Shown piece after piece: positions 9,000 to 19,618 of a stretch of 64,000 nt of DNA. The stretch comes from an uncultured Poribacteria bacterium. GTDB taxonomy: Bacteria; Poribacteria; WGA-4E; WGA-3G. Both the position numbers and the translations under genes were made by a program. Within the stretch, counting starts at the first letter, position 1. The number at the start of each line of letters is the position of its first letter. Below the pieces are notes generated by a model that ran no database searches, was not told where the DNA came from, and was given only the letters and a program-made list of their open reading frames with translations. The stretch spans positions 1,728,001 to 1,792,000 of the forward strand of contig OX638351.1 of assembly GCA_951813565.1 (NCBI GenBank), written 5' to 3'.

Positions 9000-10883
9000 C
9001 TAAAACACCCAAACCGCCATTTGTCCTGCTTCACGGTTGCACCACGCATAATACGGAATGGCAGTAATATCCATCCGTTGCAAACTCGGTTTCGGATGGT
9101 AGAGACTATTTTCCCATTCAGAAGCATCAAACACTGTGCCAGTGCTACGGATTAGCGTAATACCGCCGAGGAGTTCACTGTTAAATACGGCTTCAACTGC
9201 CGCGTCATCAATAAGCGATAGCGTCTCAAAAGCACCATCAGGATTGTCTACATCCTCAAAACAGTAAACCAACGGGCCGCGACGTAATGCTGACCGTCCG
9301 AGATTATCTCTCACATAAGGATGTGCATAAATTCGTGCGACAGGCATATCCAAGTTCAATTCCACCGTGTCGTTGGCATGCCACTGTCTAACAATTGAAA
9401 GGTAGCCGTTTGACGTAGCCTTACCACTGTGAGATTCTCCGTTGATGTTCACTTTAAAATTGTTACACCAACTCGGTATCCGTAAATTCAATGCAAACTT
9501 TGCAGGTTTTTCTGGGTCTACTGTTATTCTCACATCTCCCGACCACGGATAGTCGGTTTCTTGTGTTAATTGCAGAGAAACATCTCCTGCTACTGTAGCG
9601 GAAGCGGTGCCGCCAACATAAAGATTAACCCATAAGTCATTTTCAGATTGTGCATAAATGTACTGTCCCAGAGAACCGAGTAGGCGCGCGATATTCGGAG
9701 GACAACACGCACACCCGAACCAAGCATGTCGATGTCTTTCACCACGGCTTGCCAAGGGATTCTGATAGAAGAAGCCTGTGCCATCAAGCGAAATTCCTGA
9801 GAGGGCACCGTTATAAAGGGCTGTCTCCAATACATCAATAAAACGCGACTCGCCTTTCAGCAGAAACATCCGATGTGCCCAAAATATCAATCCAATTGAT
9901 GCACACGTCTCAGCATAAGCGGAGAAATTGGGCAATTCATAATCTTGTGTAAAGCCTTCATTGTGTCCAGACGGGCCTACACCACCGGTAACGTACAGGC
10001 GTTTTTCTACATTCTCCCAAAGTGCGCCAAGGGCGTTTGAAATGTCGGTATCACCTGTTTCAAGCGCAATATCAGCCGCACCAGCATAAAGATACATTGC
10101 CCGTACTGCATGACCGACACATTCAGTCTGCTCTTTTAATGGTTTATGTGCTTGCGAATACGTGCCTTCATATTTTTCATCCCGTGTGTAGTGATGCTGG
10201 TATGCTCCGAGACCACCCGGTAAATCGGGATTTTCTAATTCCTTCTCAAAAACATGGGGAGAATGTCCGCGCTTTGTAACAAAGTATTCCGCGAGAGACA
10301 TGTAACGCGCTTCACCTGTCACACGAGCCAGTTTCACTAATGCAAGCTCAATTCCTTGATGACCGGGCAAACCGTCTCTTTTACCATGTCCAAAAGTGTT
10401 ATCAATCAGATCCGCGAATCGACACGCAACGTCAAGCAGCTTCTGTTTCCCGGTTGCTTGATAATGGGCAACACCCGCTTCAAACAGATGCCCAGCACAA
10501 TATAACTCGTGCATCATACCGAGATTTTGCCATCTCTTTTGCGGTTCAACCAGTGTAAAATAGGAATTCAGATAACCGTCTGCTTGTTGGCTCTTGGCAA
10601 TTGTATCAATAACTTCGTCCAGTTCTGCTTCCCACTCCGGATTAGGATGTGTCTTTAGTGTATAAGATGCTGCTTCCACTAATTTATGGACATCTGAATC
10701 GTTAAAAAAGATGCCTTCAAAGTTACCTTCCATCAAGCCAGCAGCTTTTGCAAAGTTATTAATCCTGCCAGTTGTTCGGCACTGCTCAAGTTCATGCGGT
10801 ATCGTTTTCTCTGAGTTCGTTGTTTGCCGAGGCGACCAGAAACGATCTTTAATAGTAACATCTGTAAAAGGTAGTGCTTTCAA
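9000..10883 (-). CDS. Glycoside hydrolase family 127 (beta-L-arabinofuranosidase-like)
   Basis: HELYCAGH, GHAVRAMY, AYAETCA, CACCPPN motifs; TTG start with SD. Confidence 0.92.
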   Translation of the reverse strand: MKALPFTDVTIKDRFWSPRQTTNSEKTIPHELEQCRTTGRINNFAKAAGLMEGNFEGIFFNDSDVHKLVEAASYTLKTHPNPEWEAELDEVIDTIAKSQQADGYLNSYFTLVEPQKRWQNLGMMHELYCAGHLFEAGVAHYQATGKQKLLDVACRFADLIDNTFGHGKRDGLPGHQGIELALVKLARVTGEARYMSLAEYFVTKRGHSPHVFEKELENPDLPGGLGAYQHHYTRDEKYEGTYSQAHKPLKEQTECVGHAVRAMYLYAGAADIALETGDTDISNALGALWENVEKRLYVTGGVGPSGHNEGFTQDYELPNFSAYAETCASIGLIFWAHRMFLLKGESRFIDVLETALYNGALSGISLDGTGFFYQNPLASRGERHRHAWFGCACCPPNIARLLGSLGQYIYAQSENDLWVNLYVGGTASATVAGDVSLQLTQETDYPWSGDVRITVDPEKPAKFALNLRIPSWCNNFKVNINGESHSGKATSNGYLSIVRQWHANDTVELNLDMPVARIYAHPYVRDNLGRSALRRGPLVYCFEDVDNPDGAFETLSLIDDAAVEAVFNSELLGGITLIRSTGTVFDASEWENSLYHPKPSLQRMDITAIPYYAWCNREAGQMAVWVF

Positions 10884-11064
10884 AGTTTTATCCTTCTTGT
10901 TTATGGTGAAATAAAAATAAGTTAGTTTGACCTAAGCACATATTTGGAAATCCTACACATTTTCCGACAGGCAGCCTTTTATTGCTGGGTTTTGCTATAT
11001 CTATTTGATGAATGTGTCATTGAAAAGCAGCCTTTTCTTGGCAGGTTGAAGAGTTCTTGTTCCT

Positions 11065-11382
11065 CACCGCTCTACCCAACCTACGAGACTGTAAAATCCA
11101 AATCAATGATAAATGCGCCAAATCAAGAAATCAACGGTATGAATCATGGCGAATCATGTAGAATACCAAAAGCGTATTCTACCAAGCGCATTCGTCTTTA
11201 GTCATTCACCGGGTCCGAATGCCATTTAGGCATTCCCCGTATGGCATTCATCGGGTTTTCAATCCCGCTTACCTGTTTGAATCTCACAAAATCGGGCTTA
11301 TAAAGCCCTCCCACAAGAGATAATCTGGTAATTATGTGCTTAAATTGACACCCATGGTTTCGCTACGTTCTACCCAACCTAC
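11065..11382. repeat. Cluster of REP palindromes, nested hairpin micro-elements and a CCATAGG-type MITE end
   Basis: CTCTACCCAACCTAC REP halves, AAATCAACG/GAATGCC..GGCATTC units, TAAATTGACACCCATGG end. Confidence 0.75.
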
Positions 11383-11422
11383 GGACTTGGGTGCCTCACC
11401 CTAAAATTGCGTAAATGTGGTA

Positions 11423-12133
11423 TTAGCGGCTTCTCATGCTAATTTGTTGGAACGTTTCTGGAGGTAAATATTCCCCTAACACTTTCTGAACGTCTGTTTC
11501 CGTGAGTTTTCGCGGTGTGATTAGAACACATTTGTTCCGAGAATTTTTCTTCCAAGATGCCTCAAAATCCTTGTAGGCTAATCTGCGCTTGGTGAGATTG
11601 ATAGGATCTTGAAGAGATACCATGCTTGATTGATCGTTGTATTCGGACAACGGCAAAATCTCTGGAGTTCGTCCTTCAAACGCAACCATTACAATAGGAG
11701 TCCATCCTTTTGCAATAAATGCCTTCAGTACATCAAAGGAACAGTTGGCGATTACAGCGCTATGCCGCACTGTCCTACGCGTCGTCGTGTGAAAATCATC
11801 AAGTGCACTTCTGCTACCAACGCTCGAACGTCGTTTGAAAGCATTCTTAATGTAAGGTAGCTTCTGCAAATCGACAGCAGCAACTTCCGGTAAATTCGCT
11901 GCGCTTTGGGGTGATTTTATTGTCGTCGTCTCTTCAGCGGTGGCGTTTATCGTTTCGGGGTTGTCGGATTGTTCTTTAAGAAGTGCGGGGCCACAACTAA
12001 TTGCCAGAAGTGCCAAAAAAAGCACTACAACACAAGCACTTGTAATTGAATATGAAGAACCACTCAATAATATCTGACGAACTTCCTTTATAATAGACAT
12101 TTGGCGTTTCATGGTTTCGTTCCTCCTTGCCAT
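11423..12133 (-). CDS. Hypothetical lipoprotein with degenerate peptidase C39-like C-terminal domain
   Basis: Lipobox LLAISC; GWTPIVM...LQDP...DFEASW pattern; start codon uncertain. Confidence 0.55.
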   Translation of the reverse strand: MARRNETMKRQMSIIKEVRQILLSGSSYSITSACVVVLFLALLAISCGPALLKEQSDNPETINATAEETTTIKSPQSAANLPEVAAVDLQKLPYIKNAFKRRSSVGSRSALDDFHTTTRRTVRHSAVIANCSFDVLKAFIAKGWTPIVMVAFEGRTPEILPLSEYNDQSSMVSLQDPINLTKRRLAYKDFEASWKKNSRNKCVLITPRKLTETDVQKVLGEYLPPETFQQISMRSR

Positions 12134-12157
12134 GTAGAATGATTTATATGTAGTTTA

Positions 12158-13177
12158 TTAGTCGATTTTAACTGCTACTTCACGTTTTTCCTTGCACGAT
12201 TCCACGATGGCTTCTGTTATCCGCATCGCTTGCAAACCGTCTCGTCCTGTCGGTTCAGGTAGGCGATCATTAAGTAGATCATCCACTAACGCTGCTATGC
12301 GCAGCGCAAAAGTACCATCAAATGCAAGTTGCTCCATTCGAAAAATTGATGGACGGTATTCCTCAACAACCTGATTATCACGTTTCATGAGCGTTGCTCG
12401 ACTTAGGACGTTATCAACGACAATCTCACCCGCAGCACCGCAAATTTCCATGCGTTCAATCGGATGAATAAAATCGCTATCCCAACTCGCCAACAAGGTA
12501 GCGACTATCTCTGTCTCATATCGCACTGAAATTGCCATGCTTGTATAGCATGCGTCCTCACCTTCGCGCGCTTCATGTTTTCTCGGTTTTGCCATCTCAG
12601 CACATACAGCAACAATCTCGCCGCCGAACCACCGCAGCAGGTCAAGGGCGTGGGTTTGTAACTCGTAGAGTAGGTAATACTCACCTTTCCATGTGGAGGC
12701 GGGTCCCCCTTGTGACAATTTCATATCCAGATAATAGGTCTGTCCGATTGCACCAGCGTCAAACCACTTCCTTGCCTGCACATAACCGGGTGCGAATCGG
12801 CGATTATAGTCTATCGCGAGGTGCACCCCTTTCTCTTCCGCTTTTGCCACCATCTGTTCTGCTTCGTCAATATCCAGTGATAGCGGTTTTTCAGAAATAA
12901 CATGTTTTCCAGCATCAAGACATTCCATCACAGGTTCAAAGTGTAAATGGTCGGCAGTTACTACGTCAACGAGGTCACACTCTTCATTCGTAAGCATTTC
13001 TTTAATAGACGGATACCACTTGGCAATACCGAGTTCTTCAGCACGGGCTTGTGCTTTGGCAGCATCAATATCGCACACTGCCACCAATTCTGCCCCTTGA
13101 TGTTGGAGATATCCTCGTTGGTGTAGTAACCCGATTCCCCCGCAACCGACTGCTGCAACTTTCAGCTTTCCAGCCAT
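12158..13177 (-). CDS. Gfo/Idh/MocA family oxidoreductase
   Basis: VGCGGIG, HFE, SEKPL motifs. Confidence 0.92.
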   Translation of the reverse strand: MAGKLKVAAVGCGGIGLLHQRGYLQHQGAELVAVCDIDAAKAQARAEELGIAKWYPSIKEMLTNEECDLVDVVTADHLHFEPVMECLDAGKHVISEKPLSLDIDEAEQMVAKAEEKGVHLAIDYNRRFAPGYVQARKWFDAGAIGQTYYLDMKLSQGGPASTWKGEYYLLYELQTHALDLLRWFGGEIVAVCAEMAKPRKHEAREGEDACYTSMAISVRYETEIVATLLASWDSDFIHPIERMEICGAAGEIVVDNVLSRATLMKRDNQVVEEYRPSIFRMEQLAFDGTFALRIAALVDDLLNDRLPEPTGRDGLQAMRITEAIVESCKEKREVAVKID

Positions 13178-13282
13178 GATCGTGTTCTCCTTGTAATATA
13201 CGGATACAAGTATCAACCCACCTCATTATATTCAATAATAATAAACGATACACAAAAAAATAGCAAGAGAGAATTGTTATAT

Positions 13283-13439
13283 GGGTGTGTAAAGTTTTTG
13301 TAGAAATCCGCACAACTCGTATTGTAGGGGCGGGTCTCCGGGGAATGCCTTTTGGCATTCCCCGGGACCCCGCCCTACAGTGGAAAACGCCGCGTAATCA
13401 TTGTAAATTGAACCTATGTAACCAAATATTTACACACCC
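13283..13439. mobile_element. GGGTGTGTAAA-type MITE carrying a REP with a GAATGCC/GGCATTC palindrome in its loop
   Basis: TIRs as at 5872; 9-bp duplication TTGTTATAT at 13274-13282 and 13440-13448. Confidence 0.88.
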
Positions 13440-13549
13440 TTGTTATATCTTACTACAAAAAATTTGACATACAACACAGTCTATGGTAAGGTATTAAGAA
13501 TAAAATTTCTGTAAGGGCCAATTCGCTAAATTATAGTAAGGACGTCAAT

Positions 13550-16237
13550 ATGCCACGGACAAAACAGACAGAACTTTCCATGATGGAACTCTACAAACAG
13601 GTAAAAAAACAGCATGAAGATGCCATTCTTCTTTGTCGGGTCGGTGATTTCTATGAAGCTTTCTATGAAGACGCTGAGTTAATATCTCGCCTACTTGAGA
13701 TTGCCCTGACATCCAGAAGCCATAAAAACCAAAAAACACCACCGCCACCAATGGCTGGAATCCCGCATCACGCACTTGATTCCTATCTTTATAAATTAGT
13801 TACCGCTGGGCACAAAGTCGCAATTTTGGATCAGACTGAGGATGCGAAAGTTGCGCGTGATGAAAATCGTCTTGTTAAACGCGATGTTGTCCGAATTGTT
13901 ACCCCCGGCACTGTCACTGACCCAAAAGCACTTGAGCATAAGACAAACAATTATCTTATCTCAATCTATCATCAAAAAGAGACTTATGGCATTGCAGTTG
14001 CGGATCTCTCTACTGGAGAATTTCAGGTAACTGAACTCACGGATTTTTCGAAACTCTGGGCAGAGATACACCGATTTTCACCAAAAGAATGTCTTTTTTC
14101 AGAGTCTTTTGAAGATAAAAAAATGTTTGAGCAGCTCAAGGTTGAACTGAAAGCAGTGGTCAATTTTTTGCCTGATTGGCGTTTTGACTTTGATACTGCT
14201 CGAACCGAACTCCTTGAACATTTTCGAACGATTTCGCTTGATGGGTTCGGATGCGAACATCTTCCTACTGCTATCTGCGCCGCTGGTGCACTCATCTATT
14301 ATCTCCATGAAACGCAGAAGCAGGAAGTCGAACATATTCTCTCTCTTCATACCTACACCCTCTCAGATTTTATGGTACTGGATGCGGATACGCAGCGTAA
14401 TCTTGAATTAACAGCTTCTATTCGCGATGGTTCTACAAAAGGTACGTTACTTGAAGTGCTTGATCAAACAGTTACTTCTATGGGAGGACGAAAGCTGCGG
14501 CAGTGCTTGTTGCAGCCGTTGTTAGATGAGAACGCAATTAAAGAACGTCTCAACGCAGTTGACGAACTTAAGACACAGATTAATCAACAAGAGGAATTGC
14601 GGGAAGCACTTGAGCAGATGTCCGATATAGAGCGTCTCATTACCCGCATCAGTCTCGGTTCAGTAAATGGGCGCGATCTACATTCACTCAAGGATTCCCT
14701 TCGTCTTATACCTTCTGTTAAGGAACAACTTCAAAATTGTCAAACATCACTTTTAACCTCTCTGAATACAGAATTAAATCCCATGACAACGTTAGCGGAA
14801 TTGATTGAACATGGGATTCATCCAAACCCGCCTGCGACAATTCGTGAGGGGAGTGTGATTAGCGATGGTTATAATGCTGAACTGGATGAACTTCGACAAA
14901 TTGTGGGACAAGGCAGAGAATGGATGGCTCAGCTGCAAGAAGAGGAACGAAAGCGGAGCGGGATCACATCACTTAAGGTTGGCTTTAACCAGGTTTTCGG
15001 TTACTATATTGAGGTGACGAAACCGAATCTCAACATGGTGCCTGAGCACTATATCCGTAAACAGACCTTGCGAAACTCCGAACGGTTTATCACACCTGAA
15101 CTAAAAGAACAGGAAGCAAAAGTTTTGAACGCGGAAGATCGGATACAAACGCTTGAATATGAACTTTTCTGTGAAATTCGGGACGAGGTGGCGAAATCTA
15201 CAGAGGAAATTCAGAAAATATCAGCAGTTATAGCGATGGTTGATGTCATCGCGAACTTTGCATATTGCGCATCAAAATACAACTATGTGAAACCTACTGT
15301 GGAGAACAGTGAGGAGATTATTATCCGCGATGGTCGGCATCCGGTAGTAGAACAGATATTCACGCAAGAAGGCTTTGTACCTAACGATACGATGCTTAAC
15401 TGTGATGACGAACAACTCCACATCATCACGGGACCTAATATGAGCGGTAAAAGTACCTATTTGCGTCAGACCGCACTGATTACCTTGATGTCACAGATAG
15501 GGTGTTTTGTGCCAGCATCTGCAGCCAAAATTGGATTGGTAGACAGGATTTTCACGCGGGTCGGTGCATCGGACAATCTCGTGATGGGACAGAGTACTTT
15601 CCTTGTAGAGATGAATGAAACTGCGAATATCCTCAACAATGCGACTCGTAAGAGTCTCGTTATTTTGGATGAAGTTGGACGCGGCACGAGTACATTTGAT
15701 GGTCTTAGTATTGCGTGGGCAGTTTCAGAGTATCTGTTAGATGAGAAAAAAATGGGTGCTAAAACGCTTTTTGCAACGCATTACCATGAGTTAGTAGAAC
15801 TTGCAAGTAAGTACAAACGCGCGAAAAACTACAATGTTGCTGTCCATGAAGATGGAGAAAAGGTGACGTTCCTACGAAAAGTTGTACCCGGTGGTGCCGA
15901 CCAGAGTTATGGGATTCATGTCGCTCGACTTGCGGGTTTACCGCACGCTGTGATTTCGCGTGCACAGCAAATTCTTGAAGTTCTTGAGCAACACAATTTA
16001 AGTGTTGAAGCAGATAGTGCAGCAGAAAAACCGCAGAAAACAACCCAGAAAATGCCGCGTCCAAAACGCCGTGTTACTCGAAAAACGCTACAGAAGGATT
16101 CGCTTCAGATGGCACTGTTCACTCCTAAAACACACCCGCTTGTGGAAGAGATCCGACAGATGGAACTTTCCCAAATGACACCTTTAGATGCAGTGAACAT
16201 CCTTTATGATTTAAAAGCGAAGGCAGAAGAATCTTGA
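13550..16237 (+). CDS. mutS: DNA mismatch repair protein MutS
   Basis: GDFYE, TGPNMSGKST, STFLVEM, DEVGRGTS, ATHYHEL, SYGIHVA. Confidence 0.97.
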   Translation: MPRTKQTELSMMELYKQVKKQHEDAILLCRVGDFYEAFYEDAELISRLLEIALTSRSHKNQKTPPPPMAGIPHHALDSYLYKLVTAGHKVAILDQTEDAKVARDENRLVKRDVVRIVTPGTVTDPKALEHKTNNYLISIYHQKETYGIAVADLSTGEFQVTELTDFSKLWAEIHRFSPKECLFSESFEDKKMFEQLKVELKAVVNFLPDWRFDFDTARTELLEHFRTISLDGFGCEHLPTAICAAGALIYYLHETQKQEVEHILSLHTYTLSDFMVLDADTQRNLELTASIRDGSTKGTLLEVLDQTVTSMGGRKLRQCLLQPLLDENAIKERLNAVDELKTQINQQEELREALEQMSDIERLITRISLGSVNGRDLHSLKDSLRLIPSVKEQLQNCQTSLLTSLNTELNPMTTLAELIEHGIHPNPPATIREGSVISDGYNAELDELRQIVGQGREWMAQLQEEERKRSGITSLKVGFNQVFGYYIEVTKPNLNMVPEHYIRKQTLRNSERFITPELKEQEAKVLNAEDRIQTLEYELFCEIRDEVAKSTEEIQKISAVIAMVDVIANFAYCASKYNYVKPTVENSEEIIIRDGRHPVVEQIFTQEGFVPNDTMLNCDDEQLHIITGPNMSGKSTYLRQTALITLMSQIGCFVPASAAKIGLVDRIFTRVGASDNLVMGQSTFLVEMNETANILNNATRKSLVILDEVGRGTSTFDGLSIAWAVSEYLLDEKKMGAKTLFATHYHELVELASKYKRAKNYNVAVHEDGEKVTFLRKVVPGGADQSYGIHVARLAGLPHAVISRAQQILEVLEQHNLSVEADSAAEKPQKTTQKMPRPKRRVTRKTLQKDSLQMALFTPKTHPLVEEIRQMELSQMTPLDAVNILYDLKAKAEES

Positions 16238-16360
16238 TTTATTTTTTGGTGTCGTAGGTATAGAATCTGTTTCTGTAGGTTGGGTAGAGCGTAATGAAAC
16301 CCAACACATGATTACACCGAGAGTGTTTTACATGTTGGGTTTCGCGACATTTATCTATAT

Positions 16361-16680
16361 AACCTAACGGGAGTTTGATAATTAACTGGACAGGCAAAAA
16401 TTGAACAGAGAACGGGCATATTTGCTGAAAAAATCGTTATTTTGGTGTTTTTAACCCCTAAATCCCCCTTATCAGAGGACTTTAAGAGGAAATGTAGAAA
16501 TCCTAACTATTTATCAAACTCACGTTAACCTAAGTTGCTACGGACAAGATTTCAAGCTTGTAGACATTGCTTTTTACTGAAAAACAAGGATTTCCAGCTA
16601 ATTCTTATGCTTTCTTTTCTAAATCGGGGTTAGAAACCCCTCCTACAAGAGCATTCGCGATATAGGTAGCAACTTGGGTT
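16361..16680. mobile_element. AACC(C/T)AAGTTGCTAC-type MITE with an AACGTGAGTTTGATAA-type MITE (16366-16526) inserted in its terminus
   Basis: Inner element flanked by AACCT duplication; outer body 16527-16680 is an inverted near-identical copy of 20991-21144. Confidence 0.82.
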
Positions 16681-16752
16681 ATATAAATGGCCATTGAAAC
16701 TTGATCTCTTACAACTCAGTCCAACCTACGACTACTACAGAAAATCTTGACG

Positions 16753-17721
16753 TTATAATGTTATGGACTTGCCACTCCGCGCACATTCATAAATAGCCAT
16801 GTTAAGTGCAACAGAACGTCTGCCTTCATATCCATCAACTGCTGGTGCAGCATCATCGTGGATCACTCGTAAAACATCTTGAATAACATTACCGGGATAG
16901 GGTGGAAGTTCAATTTCCGGCTCTTTTCCTTCGGGGAACTGCCATACTTCTGGTCCAAGGCCAACGATTCCATGTTCACCGTGGATATGAATCATTGACA
17001 CATTACCTCCAGGATAAGTTGTGGTAGTTAAGACGTGCCCCAGGGCACCGTTTTCAAATTCTAAAATTGCGGAGGTCATATCTTCGGTTTCGCAATTTTC
17101 GTGGTCGTAAACATCAAAGTGTGAACCGATAACTCTTTTGACGGGTCCCATAAACCAGAGCATTAGGTCAATATAGTGTACGCCTTGGTTCATGATAGAG
17201 CCGCCGCCATCAAATTCCCAAGTGCCATGCCAACCGACGTAGTAACTATCTGGGCGTTTCCATTTCATCCGTAGTTCGCACAGAAGAGGTCTACCTATAG
17301 CGCCTTGTTCCAGTGCAGTCTTGATTCGCCGATTATGTCCTCCGTATCGTTCCCCAAAGTCAACGAGTAGTTTGACGTTGTTGTCTTCACAAGTTTTGAT
17401 GAGCGAATTACAATTTTCAACACTGACATCCATCGGTTTTGTGGTGATGACATGTTTTCCGCGGCGTGCTGCTTCCTCACCGAACTTTCCGTGGAGGCCG
17501 CTCGGGGTCATAATCATTGCCACATCAATATCGTCACGGTCGAGCATTTCAAGCGCATCTTCGTGGCTTTCGCACCCGAATTTTTCTTCAGCAGCTTTAC
17601 GTCGATCTTCTTTTAGGTCCGCAACAGCAACGAGTTCAGCACCGTCTGTACTATGAATTACACCTGAACGATTCATGCCCATACCTAAGCCGACAACACC
17701 GAAACGTAGATTATTAGCCAT
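16753..17721 (-). CDS. Gfo/Idh/MocA family oxidoreductase
   Basis: VGLGMG, TPSGLH, TTKPMD, GGGSIMNQGVHYID. Confidence 0.92.
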   Translation of the reverse strand: MANNLRFGVVGLGMGMNRSGVIHSTDGAELVAVADLKEDRRKAAEEKFGCESHEDALEMLDRDDIDVAMIMTPSGLHGKFGEEAARRGKHVITTKPMDVSVENCNSLIKTCEDNNVKLLVDFGERYGGHNRRIKTALEQGAIGRPLLCELRMKWKRPDSYYVGWHGTWEFDGGGSIMNQGVHYIDLMLWFMGPVKRVIGSHFDVYDHENCETEDMTSAILEFENGALGHVLTTTTYPGGNVSMIHIHGEHGIVGLGPEVWQFPEGKEPEIELPPYPGNVIQDVLRVIHDDAAPAVDGYEGRRSVALNMAIYECARSGKSITL

Positions 17722-17885
17722 TAAAATTCTCCTAATAACGTGCCTTTCTCGGATTCTCCTGATGAAAGTACGCAAATAATTCTCACCGCCAGACAAAACT
17801 CAACGAAGGTCTGGCAAAAGTTCAAAACTAATTTTCAGTATTATAGCATATATACGTCCGATGCGATACAAAAAACTGATATTCC

Positions 17886-18335
17886 CAGGGCTATTTAGTT
17901 TTCGGTTTTTCTTCTATATTTTTCACGTTTCCATATAAACCATCTGTAGGTCCAAATCAACGCTGAATGCGCGCATGGCATTCAGCGGGTGTCGCAAGCT
18001 CTACCCATAGGCGTCAATTTAAGGATATACCTTCTTGTGGGAGGGTTAAAAACCCCTCCCACAAGAAGGTATATCCAGCATTTTTTCTTAAGTTGACAGT
18101 TATGGGTGTCGCAAGCTCTACCCGACGGACAATATAAACTTTCAGTAACACGCATTAACTAATAATTCTTAAAACTATAGTAAAACCTATAATTAATGGG
18201 ACACTTCTGTAGCGCAAACTTTTAGTTTGCGTCTCATAAGGCACAAACTAAAAGTTTGTGCTACAACTTCTATTGTCCATTATCTTTCCAAGACAAGTTT
18301 ATCAAAGTGTCCCAATAATTTCAAAGTTCACTATA
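17886..18335. mobile_element. Stack of MITEs and REPs (CAGGGCT-type, CCATAGG-type, TATAGT-type)
   Basis: CAGGGCTATTTAG at 17886; CCATAGGCGTCAATTTAAG...CTTAAGTTGACAGTTATGG flanked by duplicated GGGTGTCGCAAGCTCTACCC; TATAGT element at 18176-18335. Confidence 0.78.
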
Positions 18336-18349
18336 ATTATAATATTGCT

Positions 18350-18520
18350 GATATTCCTTTCAAAGAAGTCAAAAGTGGTTCTGGTTATCTTAGTCAAAAC
18401 GATATGCGGTTGCATTTCGGGTTAGGCGATGCTAAACAAATTAACTCAGTGACAGGCCGACGGCTGTGTGGACATGTTAAGACTTTGAGAAAAATGATGC
18501 GAATCAGATGCTTGTTATAG
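18350..18520 (+). pseudogene. ASPIC/UnbV domain remnant (CRTAC1-like protein C-terminus)
   Basis: KEVKSGSGYLSQNDMRLHFGLGD; no proper start, upstream replaced by MITEs. Confidence 0.75.
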
Positions 18521-18533
18521 AGGGAAGTGGTCA

Positions 18534-19208
18534 TTAAATTCGGTTAAAAAAATGGTCGCAAGATGCCTGCAAACCACATGCTTGACATTCTGGTGTTTTC
18601 TGACATACTCTCGCACCATGCCGAACAATCAAGGCGTGGTATTCGTTGAATAGTTCCACATCGTGTGGTAGGTTATCCATAAATAGCGCGCGGAGTCTTG
18701 CATAGTGAAAGTTTCCCTCAACCCATCCTAATCGACTCAGTAGTCTGTAAGTATAAGTATCAACGACAAAACTCGGTTTTTCTGCGGCATAAAGAATAAT
18801 TGAATCCGCAGTTTCGGGACCAACACCGTAGATAGAGAGTAATTCTTCTCGCAATTCGGGAACGTTTTGCTTGAACATTACCTGCATCGGACGTTCGACA
18901 ATATGTTCCACAAATGCACGCACCTTTTTCGTTTTCATTCGAAAATATCCAGAAGGTCGTAGTAGTTGTTCCAGTTCGTCTTGACTGATAGCGTGTATCT
19001 GTTCAGGTGTAAATGTATCTGCTGCCTTGAGGTTATCAATCGCTTTCACAACGTTACGCCATGCAGTCGCTTGCGTTAAGATAGCGCCAAGAGCAACTTC
19101 AAAAGGTGTATCTGCGGGCCACCACTTAAGCGTCCCGTGTTCCGTTTGGAGTTGATGATATAGGTCAAGCAGTTTTTTATTGAGATTCTCTTCACAAATG
19201 ATTCGCAT
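18534..19208 (-). CDS. Endonuclease III-related HhH-GPD DNA glycosylase
   Basis: GAILTQ, LLSIYGVGPETAD, VVD, CQKTPECQACGLQASC Fe-S motif. Confidence 0.88.
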   Translation of the reverse strand: MRIICEENLNKKLLDLYHQLQTEHGTLKWWPADTPFEVALGAILTQATAWRNVVKAIDNLKAADTFTPEQIHAISQDELEQLLRPSGYFRMKTKKVRAFVEHIVERPMQVMFKQNVPELREELLSIYGVGPETADSIILYAAEKPSFVVDTYTYRLLSRLGWVEGNFHYARLRALFMDNLPHDVELFNEYHALIVRHGARVCQKTPECQACGLQASCDHFFNRI

Positions 19209-19240
19209 ATCGGTATAATTTGTATAATTCCTAATTTAAG

Positions 19241-19592
19241 CTATAGTTTGGACAATTTTTTTCAACATGAATTGATATAAAAAATTGGTTTACCATTTAT
19301 GTTACCAAACCAACACAAAACGTACAAAATAGAAACCTGCTTTGCTCCAGCGGAGCAATATGTTTATAGCCACTGATGAACCGGCATATCCGCTCCAGCG
19401 GAGGGATATGTGATTTCCAACACATAGCACTCCGCTGGAGCGCAAGAATGTGGCATACCGTTTTCTATAGACATAGCACTCCGCTGGAGTGCGGCATTTT
19501 TCGTGGAGTTCCGCTGATATGCAAAACTCGTAAAAAAATAGATTTTCCGTTGAAACTCAACTTTCTTGAGACAAGAATTGTCCAAACTATAG
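19241..19592. mobile_element. 352-bp MITE with CTATAGTTTGGAC ends carrying four CTCC(A/G)GC-type palindromes
   Basis: TIR CTATAGTTTGGACAATT...AATTGTCCAAACTATAG; same-length copy at 33111-33462, partial copy from about 48406. Confidence 0.85.
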
Positions 19593-19618
19593 TCCTATTC
19601 AAACAGTGAGGATAAAAT

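Noticed and set aside
1199..19208. DNA-repair super-cluster (AlkD-like, mutL, mutS, endonuclease III-like)
   Set aside because: The genes are on mixed strands and separated by unrelated genes, with no shared operator seen.
19344..19495. Repeated CTCCAGCGGAG/CTCCGCTGGAG units as a CRISPR array
   Set aside because: Repeats are only about 11-17 bp, change orientation, and their spacers recur at 33111 and 48406; no cas genes. They are MITE-internal palindromes.
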